A stretch of DNA of 48,346 bases from contig JBPPME010000105.1 of the NCBI GenBank assembly GCA_051305895.1, forward strand, positions 1 to 48,346, in the 5' to 3' direction. Under the pieces are notes generated by a model. It was not told the DNA's origin and made no database searches. It saw only the letters and a program-made list of their open reading frames with translations. Source of the DNA: Candidatus Saccharimonadales bacterium (GTDB lineage Bacteria > Patescibacteriota > Saccharimonadia > Saccharimonadales > Saccharimonadaceae). Position numbers and translations under genes: made by a program. Positions 1 to 8,078 of this stretch are shown piece after piece (the stretch's first letter is position 1; the number at the start of each line of letters is the position of its first letter).

Positions 1-908
1 GTGACATGGGTGGCTTTTTATGTATATTGCTATACGTTGGCGCAGCGCCTGGCAGAACACTACCACTCGCAACGATGTTTGATGAATTGCGGTGGGGATG
101 GAAAAAGCACACTGGGCTGGCCGTACTGGTCACGAGTGGGTTTCAGGTGACGAAAATTGAGTTGATATCGACCAGGAAGAAGACTTTTTACTAGCGATTG
201 CCAGAGTCGGAGCCACAATGGAGGAGTAGCCGGTGCTACAAGCTGAGACGTATCCTGTCTAGGGGCGGGACATTCCGTTTTCAATCCTGTAGCAACCAGT
301 GTAGGTTTCTAGATATTGACATACACTACGTCGGTAATGGATAAATTTACGGCCAAACGAAGCCAGGAGTTTAGCAGTACTGATCAAGGCCCATCTTGCC
401 ATCTAGAAGGGTGAACTGAAAGCAGGCGATGATATATCTGGAGTATCGATTTTCCTCGAGGTGCCTGTGAAATTAGTGCAGACAACAGAGATGAAATTAG
501 GACTAAAAATACCATTAAGCTACCCACGAGATGACGCATGCAGTGACGACCGTAGCGGATTTTGCGGCGGTCAAGGTCAGATATTAGGCAGAGGCTGTCT
601 TGGCACGTAATCTGACTATCAATGCTGAAGGCAAGGTGGTTACTTCATAAACAGTGCGTATCACGGTGGGTTTTTTGCATAATCTCTCGATTCGTACCGT
701 TATAGTATTTTGGGTCATTAAATGTACGGTGCACGATAAAGTTAGCTTCTCTTTCTGGGATTGTACACGACGCGGCCATGACCGTCACCAATAGAGGCGT
801 ATGTAACGGTCATAATGACCAAGTGGCATGTATGCCATTATTGCTAGTATCACTCGCGAGATTGAGCGGATTATGTAGCCCTAGCCTCCTCTGGTACAAT
901 AGGGATGC

Positions 909-1649
909 ATGAAAACCCGTCTTGACCAGTTTCTGGCACAGAAAAAACTTGTTCAGAGCCGCTCGCAAGCGGAGAGTTTCATTCGTCTTGGTAAAGTAAG
1001 GGTGAATGATTCTATCGTAATCAAAGCCGGCACGTGGGTATCAGAGCATGATACGGTGAAGTTAGCGACAGATGAGCGTTACGTGAGTCGCGCGGGGCTG
1101 AAGCTGGCTAGTGTAGCACGTGATTTGAACTTGGACTTTAAGGGCAAGATTATGCTCGATGTCGGTAGCAGTACAGGTGGATTTACTGATTATGCTTTAC
1201 AGCATGGAGCAGAGAAAATTTATGCTGTCGATGTCGGTACCAATCAACTCCATCCGAGCCTTCAGGGTAATGAGCGCATTGAATTACAGGAGAAGACTGA
1301 TATCCGCGACTTCATTCCACCCAAGATGCCAGATATTGTAGTGATGGATGTGAGTTTCATCTCGCTTCGAGCAATTTTGCCACACATCGCGCGGATTACC
1401 AATACGCAAACACAAGTGTTAGCTATGTTGAAGCCACAATTTGAAGCGGGTCGAGCAGAAGTAAATAAAGGTGTAATTAAAAACGATAAGGTACGTCGAC
1501 AAATTTTGAAGGATTTTGAAGCATGGGTGCGGGACCACTTCATTGTGATAGATAAAAAAGACAGTGAAGTAGCTGGTGCAAAAGGCAACCGCGAGCGGTT
1601 CTATCTATTGAAAAAACGGCATAGAGAGGTATCGGTCGTTAGACATTGA
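909..1649 (+). CDS. tlyA: TlyA-family rRNA (cytidine-2'-O)-methyltransferase (S4 RNA-binding domain + FtsJ-like methyltransferase)
   Basis: The N-terminus RLDQFL...SRSQAESFIRLGKVRVN is S4-like. VSRAGLKL and the SAM motif MLDVGSSTGGFTDYALQHGA..VYAVDVG are typical of TlyA. TGgTACAAT at 892-900 lies 8 nt upstream of the ATG. Confidence 0.85.
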   Translation: MKTRLDQFLAQKKLVQSRSQAESFIRLGKVRVNDSIVIKAGTWVSEHDTVKLATDERYVSRAGLKLASVARDLNLDFKGKIMLDVGSSTGGFTDYALQHGAEKIYAVDVGTNQLHPSLQGNERIELQEKTDIRDFIPPKMPDIVVMDVSFISLRAILPHIARITNTQTQVLAMLKPQFEAGRAEVNKGVIKNDKVRRQILKDFEAWVRDHFIVIDKKDSEVAGAKGNRERFYLLKKRHREVSVVRH

Positions 1650-2718
1650 ATCGGAAGTCGACAATATCACCAGGACGCATGACGTAATCTTTACCTTCGG
1701 TACGCATTTTGCCAGCGGCTTTGGCTGCAGCTTCCGAGCCAAACTTGATGAGTTCATCATAATCAACAATCTGGGCAGCAATGAAGCCACGTTCGAAGTC
1801 TGTATGAATCACACCGGCTGCTTGTGGAGCGGTGTTGCCTTGATGAATTGTCCAGGCACGGATTTCTTTTTCACCCGCGGTAAGGTAACTTTGGAGACCA
1901 AGGATATCGTAGGCGGCATGAATCATTTGCTCGATTCCAGTTTCGGTTACGCCGTAGCTCTTAAGGATTTCTTTGATGTCACTGGCATCGAGGCCTTTGA
2001 GCTCATCTTCGATTTTGGCGCAGACAAAGAGACTGCGAGCCGGGGCAACTAATTTGTTCAATTCCTGCTGGTATATCGTATCGGTAAGACCATTCTCATC
2101 AACATTAAATGCATAAATAATTGGTTTTGCGGTCAGGAGGTGTAAATCGGTAGCATGCTCTATATTGATTGAGGGTAGGGTGGATAGTAGGGTGCCAGAT
2201 TTGAGATGACGCAGGAGAGTCTCGAGATAACTTACTTGCTCGCGAGCAGTGGGGTTTGATTTCGACTCTTTTTGTATTCGCGGCAGACGACTCTCGATAG
2301 TCTGGATGTCCGCAAGCATCAGTTCTGTATTGATGATTTCAATGTCGGCTCGTGGATTGACGGCACTTTCATCATGACGAAGCACAGTGTCGCTATTAAA
2401 TGCGCGGACGATATGCACAATAGCGTCACATTGGCGGATATTGGCTAGGAACTTATTGCCAAGACCCTCGCCCTTACTTGCACCTGCTACCAAGCCAGCG
2501 ATATCGACGAAGGTAATGGTAGCGGGAAGGATCTTCTGTGCGTTGTATAAATCGCGTAACACGTTTAGACGAGCGTCTGGTACTGGGACGATGCCGGTAT
2601 TCGGTTCGATAGTAGCGAACGGATAATTGGCTGCTAATATGTTGTCATTCGTGAGCGCATTAAAAAGCGTCGATTTCCCGACGTTTGGCAGACCAACAAT
2701 GCCTATTTTTAGACTCAT
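1639..2718 (-). CDS. ychF: Ribosome-binding ATPase YchF (Obg-family GTPase)
   Basis: MSLKIGIVGLPNVGKSTLFNALT P-loop, with the C-terminal TGS-like end DFERGFI.A.....Y..L. I start at the internal ATG (2718) because TATGAT at 2730-2725 sits 6 nt upstream. The 18 extra N-terminal codons in the ORF track look unrelated to YchF. Confidence 0.92.
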   Translation of the reverse strand: MSLKIGIVGLPNVGKSTLFNALTNDNILAANYPFATIEPNTGIVPVPDARLNVLRDLYNAQKILPATITFVDIAGLVAGASKGEGLGNKFLANIRQCDAIVHIVRAFNSDTVLRHDESAVNPRADIEIINTELMLADIQTIESRLPRIQKESKSNPTAREQVSYLETLLRHLKSGTLLSTLPSINIEHATDLHLLTAKPIIYAFNVDENGLTDTIYQQELNKLVAPARSLFVCAKIEDELKGLDASDIKEILKSYGVTETGIEQMIHAAYDILGLQSYLTAGEKEIRAWTIHQGNTAPQAAGVIHTDFERGFIAAQIVDYDELIKFGSEAAAKAAGKMRTEGKDYVMRPGDIVDFRFNV

Positions 2719-2800
2719 GATCCAATCATACAGTAGCAGGGGTAGATAGTAAACTTTGGAGTCTTTTGGCATCTCAAGTATTTGACTTTAACTGCAAATT

Positions 2801-2823
2801 TATATACCCTATAGGGGTATATA
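2801..2823. promoter_or_regulatory. CsoR-type operator (TATATACCC-TATA-GGGGTATATA pseudo-palindrome) overlapping the promoter of the copper module
   Basis: The inverted repeat TACCC..GGGGTA matches the GC-core/AT-flank architecture known for CsoR operators. It lies 15 nt upstream of the DUF4396 start and after a TTGACT -35 at 2782-2787. A csoR gene is in the same operon. Confidence 0.6.
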
Positions 2824-2837
2824 AGCAGAGATAAATT

Positions 2838-3329
2838 ATGAATGATGAAAAAAGTAATCTAAATTCAATGGCTGCTACTGCAACGCTACATTGTTTGACT
2901 GGATGCGCTATCGGAGAAATAGCTGGTCTTATGATAGGCTCAGCACTAGGACTAGGTGTAGGTGTAACTATTACTTTATCTGTTGTTCTTGCATTCTTTT
3001 TTGGATACCTGTTATCGACCCTGCCACTGCTAAATGCAGGATTAGGATTTTTTGCAGCTCTTTCAGTAGTTTTTGCAGCAGATACTCTGTCTATCGCTAT
3101 GATGGAAGCTGTCGACAACCTTGTTATGGTAGCAGTTCCAGGTGCTATGAATGCAGGATTGGTAAATCCTATCTTTTGGTTGTCGATGATGCTAGCTCTC
3201 GCCGCTGCATTTGTCGCTGCTTTTCCTGTCAACCGATACCTTTTAACGAAAGGCAAGGGCCACGCACTGGTTCACAAATATCATCAAGGTGACTACGAAG
3301 ATCAAGCGAAGCATGCACATCATAAATAA
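2838..3329 (+). CDS. DUF4396-like integral membrane protein (HC..GC..GE motif), first gene of the CsoR-regulated operon
   Basis: LHCLTGCAIGEIAGLMIG motif, about 4 TM helices and a His-rich tail HKYHQGDYEDQAKHAHHK. The antisense 160-aa ORF at 2774-3256 is a shadow. Confidence 0.7.
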   Translation: MNDEKSNLNSMAATATLHCLTGCAIGEIAGLMIGSALGLGVGVTITLSVVLAFFFGYLLSTLPLLNAGLGFFAALSVVFAADTLSIAMMEAVDNLVMVAVPGAMNAGLVNPIFWLSMMLALAAAFVAAFPVNRYLLTKGKGHALVHKYHQGDYEDQAKHAHHK

Positions 3330-3627
3330 GGTTCATACTGAACATAATAATTATGGATATGTCGATAATCGAGGAGCTCTTCTTAGACGTCTTAAAAGGG
3401 CGGAAGGGCAGGTTCGTGGAGTTTATCGTATGGTCCAGGAAGACAAATATTGTATCGACGTACTCACTCAAATTAGTGCGACTCAAGCAGCCCTAGACAA
3501 AGTGGCTTTAGAGTTAGTCCGTGACCACGCTAAATATTGTTTAAGTAATGATGAAATCAATCATGGTAGTACCGAAGAAAAAGCTAAAGAACTCGTAAGC
3601 GCAATCGGTCGCCTAATGAGTAGATAA
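3313..3627 (+). CDS. csoR: CsoR/RcnR-family metal-sensing transcriptional repressor
   Basis: LLRRLKRAEGQVRGVYRMVQEDKYCIDVLTQISATQAALDKVALELVRDHAKYC is the canonical DUF156/CsoR helix bundle with the C-H-C ligand pattern. The start is ambiguous (3289 or 3313). Confidence 0.85.
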   Translation: MHIINKVHTEHNNYGYVDNRGALLRRLKRAEGQVRGVYRMVQEDKYCIDVLTQISATQAALDKVALELVRDHAKYCLSNDEINHGSTEEKAKELVSAIGRLMSR

Positions 3628-3652
3628 CTAAGTAAATAAAGGAGAAATAACT

Positions 3653-4042
3653 ATGGAGACTAAACCACTGGCATTCGGAATTATCGGTTTTTTAATCGGT
3701 GGACTTGTCGTATCGGTTGCGGCGACGCAGCTTAACAAGCCTAACGATACAAATAGTTGTGATAGTTCTGAGATGAGTATGAGCCAGATGACCGATGACC
3801 TCAAAAATAAAACAGGTGATGATTTTGATAAAGCATTTATATCTAGCATGATTGAGCACCATCAGGGCGCTATTGATATGGCTAAACTCGCCGAAAAGAG
3901 TGCAAAGCATGAGGAAATTAAAGTCATGTCGAATGACATCATGACGGCTCAATCTACAGAGATTGATATGATGAAAAATTGGCAAACTGAGTGGGGATAC
4001 ATTGATTCATCTGCTGGCCATGACTCAATGAAACACGAATAA
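3653..4042 (+). CDS. DUF305-family (ferritin-like, copper-resistance associated) membrane-anchored protein
   Basis: N-terminal TM followed by DFDKAFISSMIEHHQGAIDMAKLA...EIKVMSNDIMTAQSTEIDMMKNW, the DUF305 signature. SD aaaggag lies upstream. Confidence 0.8.
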   Translation: METKPLAFGIIGFLIGGLVVSVAATQLNKPNDTNSCDSSEMSMSQMTDDLKNKTGDDFDKAFISSMIEHHQGAIDMAKLAEKSAKHEEIKVMSNDIMTAQSTEIDMMKNWQTEWGYIDSSAGHDSMKHE

Positions 4043-4265
4043 TGAACACCACCACGAAAGTCCGACGGACGATATTCCTATAGACAATTATGCAACATGT
4101 CTAGTGACGGACGGCTTAATTGATACTAGAGAAACAGATAAATTCGGTAACGCTCGTGAATATAACGGTAAAAAGGTATATCTTTGCTGCGCAACCTGCG
4201 TAGCTCTCTTTGATGAAAATCCGGGACAAAGTTTATTCATCATGCCCACCATTCTTCTCTACTGA
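4042..4265 (+). pseudogene. YHS/TRASH-type metal-binding domain gene, apparently frameshifted just after its start codon
   Basis: The frame opening at 4044 reads EHHHESPTDDIPIDNYATCLVTDGLIDTRETDKFGNAREYNGKKVYLCCATCVALFDENPGQ* (YHS-like C...YxGK.VYFCC..C...F..NP). The only ATG (4042) is offset by one base, and its own frame stops after 13 codons. Confidence 0.45.
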
Positions 4266-4279
4266 CATTTAAGAAAAAA

Positions 4280-4914
4280 ATGCATCTTGTAGATAACGTT
4301 TGAGCATTTTGTTTTGAATCAGGTCATCGGACACCTGGATAATATATTCCTACTGGACTAGACCACTCCGATGCAGATGAAGAGGGAACGAAGCGTTGGT
4401 TCACCGTCTCTTCTGTAACATACGAAGGTATCGTACAGATTACGACATGGGTAACTGATAGTACAAACTTTCAAGCAGGCACCCCATGCTTTACCGATAG
4501 TCGCACAGATGAATATCATAGAAAGTCCAGACGGTAGCTTTGTGTGGGAAGAGTCAAATTGACCACTTGTCTTTGTTGCTGATGGAATTGGAATAACGTC
4601 TTTCCATAGTATGTTAAATAAGCGTGTTCATGATGGAGTTTCAGTTAAATTATCTCTTGTTTATGCTAGACGGACGGGAGCTGTGCCGTTCATGATGAAT
4701 TAGATGAATGAGCTGTAAATCCAGAATTTGATGTAACTACATGTAGTAGATGTTCGTCTAACACCTGTAAGCTAATGGGGTATGTACTCTGATTTGAAAA
4801 CTTATTAGTTGACATTTAGAATCAGAGCTAATGGCAAAAGTTTTAAACAAACAGCTTGTTGACATTGGTTTTTTTGTAAGACCAACTTAAGTAAGATTTT
4901 TTATCGAACTATAA
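4280..4914 (+). pseudogene. Decayed FNR-like FAD/NAD(P)-binding oxidoreductase
   Basis: Fragments in shifting frames are separated by stops: EEGTKRWFTVSSVTYEGIVQITTWV..FQAG, then PLVFVADGIGITSFHSMLNKRV....LVYARR, then SELMAKVLNKQLVDIGF. These correspond to the R.FT.SS, GGIGITPF and GPEPM blocks of this family. No intact ORF of 60 aa or more is present. Confidence 0.55.
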
Positions 4915-5175
4915 TGAGACTAGCTACTAGTCATTTTAGCTATTTCAAGTTCCGTTTAAGCACATTAATCTATGGACCGCGGAGTAGCTATAGTTGTCGC
5001 TATCAGTTGGTGGCATGGCTACTTTTAGTTCAAAAGTCAGTTGTGCTAAGAACCTACTATGCTTAATAGGAAGACTTATATTCTTATGAAATTACACCAT
5101 AGACGGGGTAATCTGACTTTCGAAGGAAAAACCGCTTGCCATATGGAATAGTGCTTATGTATAATGAAAACCAAT

Positions 5176-6222
5176 ATGGCAATGATAAAAGGCGTGGGCG
5201 ATTTCTTTGCACTCGATATAGGCACGAATGCTATTCGAGTAGTGCAACTTGCTGGTTCGGCTCAAGCTGGTTGGACATTGCAACGTTTTTCACATGTTCC
5301 AGTAGACGATAAACTGACTGCTGCCGATTCTGATGATGCTCGCCGTAAACTTGGCGAAATTATCATGACCGCTATTGGTCAGGCTGGTATTCATACGAAG
5401 AATGTTGCTATCGGTTTACCGTCACAGAAGACTTTTACTACAGTAATTGATGTGCCAACAATGCCGGAAAATGAGCTCAAGAACTCAATCAAGTACCAGA
5501 TCGACCAATACATTCCGATGTCGGCTGATGATGCGCAGGTAGACTGGGCACTCCTTGGACAGTCGCAACACGATCCAAAGATGCTAGAGGTGATTCTTAC
5601 AAGCACGTCAAAGGCTTTCTCTGAGGAGCGACTCGAACTTGTCGAAGCTGTTGGACTGAATGTAATCGCCGCTGAACCAGATCCAATCGCTATGGTTCGC
5701 TCACTGGTAATGCCTGGTATGAAAGATGCACAGCTTGTGATTGATATGGGCGAACACTCTACAGATATTGCAATCACGTTCGGAGACAATCCTCGTCTGA
5801 TGCGTACGATTCCGACTGGTCTCCATACTTTAGTAAAGGCGACCACACAGAACCTCAATGTCAAAGAAGATCAAGCTAGGCAGTTTATTCTGAAATTTGG
5901 TCTCGCACAGGATCGTCTCGATGGCGTTGTAAGTAAGGCACTTGATAGTGTCATCGACGGCTTTGTAGCTGAACTCACTAAGTCAACGAAGTTCTTCCAG
6001 ACACGTTATCCAAACATCACTATCGGTGGTATGGTACTGTCTGGTTTTACAGCAGTCATTCCAGTTTTTGGTGACACACTTGGTGCTAAAATCAACATTC
6101 GCCCCGCTCTTGGCAGCCCCTGGCAGCGCATTAAGGTCTATGATCATGACAAGCAACAGCTCGCGCCGATATCAGCGGAGTTTGCTACTGTTGTCGGACT
6201 TGCCATGAGGGGAAATGAGTAA
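5176..6222 (+). CDS. pilM: Type IV pilus assembly protein PilM (actin-like ATPase fold)
   Basis: FFALDIGTNAIRVVQL and the downstream DIGEHSTDI blocks. The ATG at 5164 in the ORF track lies inside a TATAAT box (5160-5165), so I prefer the in-frame ATG at 5176 or 5182. Confidence 0.85.
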   Translation: MAMIKGVGDFFALDIGTNAIRVVQLAGSAQAGWTLQRFSHVPVDDKLTAADSDDARRKLGEIIMTAIGQAGIHTKNVAIGLPSQKTFTTVIDVPTMPENELKNSIKYQIDQYIPMSADDAQVDWALLGQSQHDPKMLEVILTSTSKAFSEERLELVEAVGLNVIAAEPDPIAMVRSLVMPGMKDAQLVIDMGEHSTDIAITFGDNPRLMRTIPTGLHTLVKATTQNLNVKEDQARQFILKFGLAQDRLDGVVSKALDSVIDGFVAELTKSTKFFQTRYPNITIGGMVLSGFTAVIPVFGDTLGAKINIRPALGSPWQRIKVYDHDKQQLAPISAEFATVVGLAMRGNE

Positions 6223-7076
6223 TGATTGAGCTCAATCTTATTCCTGATGTAAAACGCGAATTGATTAATACACATAAGATGCGTGCAATGGTTATTTCCA
6301 TCGCCATCATTGCGATGCTTGCCGCTGCTGCTGTGACAGTGCTACTAGCAATTGCGGTCTTCGTCTGGCAGAACTATGACAATGGTCGAGCTGACAGGGC
6401 GATTAGGGAGCAGCAATTGGCATTAACCGGTTCAAGCTGTTTGCCAGGAGAAACACCAGAAACAGGCAAGGATCCTAAAGTCGCTTGTGTGATTACGGAC
6501 GCTTATAAGCAGAAGGAACTTGTGCGAGTCTTGACGATCCAAAATCAAGTAAAACAGATTGCTGTTTCGCATGACAGTAAAACAGTGAGTTCACGTATCT
6601 TTAGTGTTATTGCTGCGACGAATCCACCACAACCAAACAACGTAAAGACCTCGACGATTACTCTTGATGCGACCGCGCAGACATTGACGATTGAAGCGCA
6701 GACATTGGGTGGCTACCAGGCGCTTGAGACATACAACAAAACTCTGGCTGCTACGTGGTTTGGCTATACCGCAGATGGTGGGACAGATCGCACAGCTGTA
6801 CAGCTCGCCTCAGAGATTGTTTTTGGCGGTGTTGGTTATGCACGTGATCCACAAGGCCAACGTGTTCTTAGCTTTACCGTTACGTTCAAGTATGCGCCAG
6901 AATTCTTTCAGCCATCTTCGAAGAATGGCCGCCTTGGGGATGAGAAGTGTGTTACAGGCAATGATCCAGGTAAGGATTGTGCAGATATGAGTGTCAACGT
7001 CACTGACTCTTATGTGAGCATTCCGCGTACATTGTTTGAAACAAAGGCGACACCAGAAGAAGGAGAGAAACAGTAA
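6222..7076 (+). CDS. pilN: PilN-like bitopic pilus assembly protein with an enlarged extracytoplasmic domain
   Basis: The N-terminus IELNLIPDVKRE plus a single TM is the PilN signature. Its start overlaps the pilM stop (ATGA-type junction). The roughly 220-aa C-terminal domain containing Cys residues is longer than in classical PilN. Confidence 0.6.
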   Translation: MIELNLIPDVKRELINTHKMRAMVISIAIIAMLAAAAVTVLLAIAVFVWQNYDNGRADRAIREQQLALTGSSCLPGETPETGKDPKVACVITDAYKQKELVRVLTIQNQVKQIAVSHDSKTVSSRIFSVIAATNPPQPNNVKTSTITLDATAQTLTIEAQTLGGYQALETYNKTLAATWFGYTADGGTDRTAVQLASEIVFGGVGYARDPQGQRVLSFTVTFKYAPEFFQPSSKNGRLGDEKCVTGNDPGKDCADMSVNVTDSYVSIPRTLFETKATPEEGEKQ

Positions 7077-7795
7077 TGGCTAAAAGAGATGCAGCGCTCT
7101 TAAAGCGTCAACAGATTGCAAGAGCGAGCCGTATGATGTTTCTATGGGTGGCTGTCGCTTCGGTCATAATCGGTGCCGCTTCTGTGAGCTCGATTTTCAT
7201 GATTCAGGAATTTGTTTTTAACCAGACGGTGATTAACGAAAAGAATAAAACAGTAGAAGTACTCGAAGCCAATAACAAGACGGTTGAGAGTCTTCAGGAT
7301 CAAGTACGTGTGTTGAGTACCAACTCTGAGCTCGCTGCATCAAAATCATTTCCTGACGAAGAGACAATTCGCGTCGTTCTTGATGCACTGCCCGATACGC
7401 TCAATACTCCAGCGCTTGGTGCTTCAATCCAGCAGGTACTCGTCAATATTCCAAATGTTGAACTTGATTCACTGGTATTTGAAGATGTAGTTACTGCAGT
7501 AGCAGCTCCAGTTGAGGGTGCTGATGCTAGTGCGCCAGTTGCACCAGTGATAGACACTACGACCGCAATGACGCTTTCGCCCGTTACCTTTACTATGAAA
7601 CTCATTGCTCAAACTCCTGATGCTGCGGCTGAAGTACTGACTAGGCTTGAGAGATCAATTCGCGCCATTAACGTAAAAATGTCAAAATTAGAAGTGAATG
7701 GAGCGATGGTGACGATGACAATTACCGGAGAGGCATACTACCAGACACCAGCCGTCGTAGAGTTAAGCACTAAACCAGTGGGTGTGAAGAAATGA
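7076..7795 (+). CDS. pilO: PilO-like bitopic pilus assembly protein
   Basis: The call rests on position after pilN, an N-terminal TM, a coiled-coil segment (NEKNKTVEVLEANNKTVESLQDQV) and translational coupling on both sides. Sequence similarity alone is not diagnostic. Confidence 0.5.
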   Translation: MAKRDAALLKRQQIARASRMMFLWVAVASVIIGAASVSSIFMIQEFVFNQTVINEKNKTVEVLEANNKTVESLQDQVRVLSTNSELAASKSFPDEETIRVVLDALPDTLNTPALGASIQQVLVNIPNVELDSLVFEDVVTAVAAPVEGADASAPVAPVIDTTTAMTLSPVTFTMKLIAQTPDAAAEVLTRLERSIRAINVKMSKLEVNGAMVTMTITGEAYYQTPAVVELSTKPVGVKK

Positions 7796-8064
7796 AAAAA
7801 AATGATTTAGCGATGATCATCTTGATTGCCGGTCTTAGCCTTGTAATATCCTATTTCATCTTTAGCGCGCTACCAATCTTTAAGGATACCGGAGGACAGG
7901 CTACTGTTCCACAGGCAACTCTGATTGAGCCAACGATAGGTGATATAAGCAAAGAAGTCTTTAATGAAGAGGCTATTAATCCCACTGTTGAAATCAATAT
8001 CAGTACTCCGGACATAACGGTCGATGTCCCTAAGCAAGATAATACTGCTCAAGAAGGGCAGTAG
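7792..8064 (+). CDS. Small single-pass membrane protein of the pilus operon (unknown function)
   Basis: Its ATG overlaps the pilO stop (ATGA). It has an N-terminal TM, IILIAGLSLVISYFIFSAL. I recognise no homology. Confidence 0.45.
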   Translation: MKKNDLAMIILIAGLSLVISYFIFSALPIFKDTGGQATVPQATLIEPTIGDISKEVFNEEAINPTVEINISTPDITVDVPKQDNTAQEGQ

Positions 8065-8078
8065 CCGGGTATACGCCC

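Noticed and set aside
491-610. A 39-aa Cys/Gly-rich ORF as a possible RiPP or bacteriocin precursor.
   Set aside because: There are no adjacent maturation, transport or immunity genes and no convincing promoter or SD. It sits in a region that otherwise looks like decayed coding sequence.
2774-3256. Long antisense or overlapping ORFs inside well-supported genes. Examples: 2774-3256 (minus strand), 1262-1588 (minus), 5391-5864 (minus), 8675-9025 (minus), 33513-33785 (plus), 41524-41856 (plus) and 46755-47168 (minus).
   Set aside because: Each lies opposite to, or out of frame with, a gene carrying strong family motifs. Their translations are low-complexity or Ser/Arg/Cys-rich shadows. No promoter or SD signals were seen.
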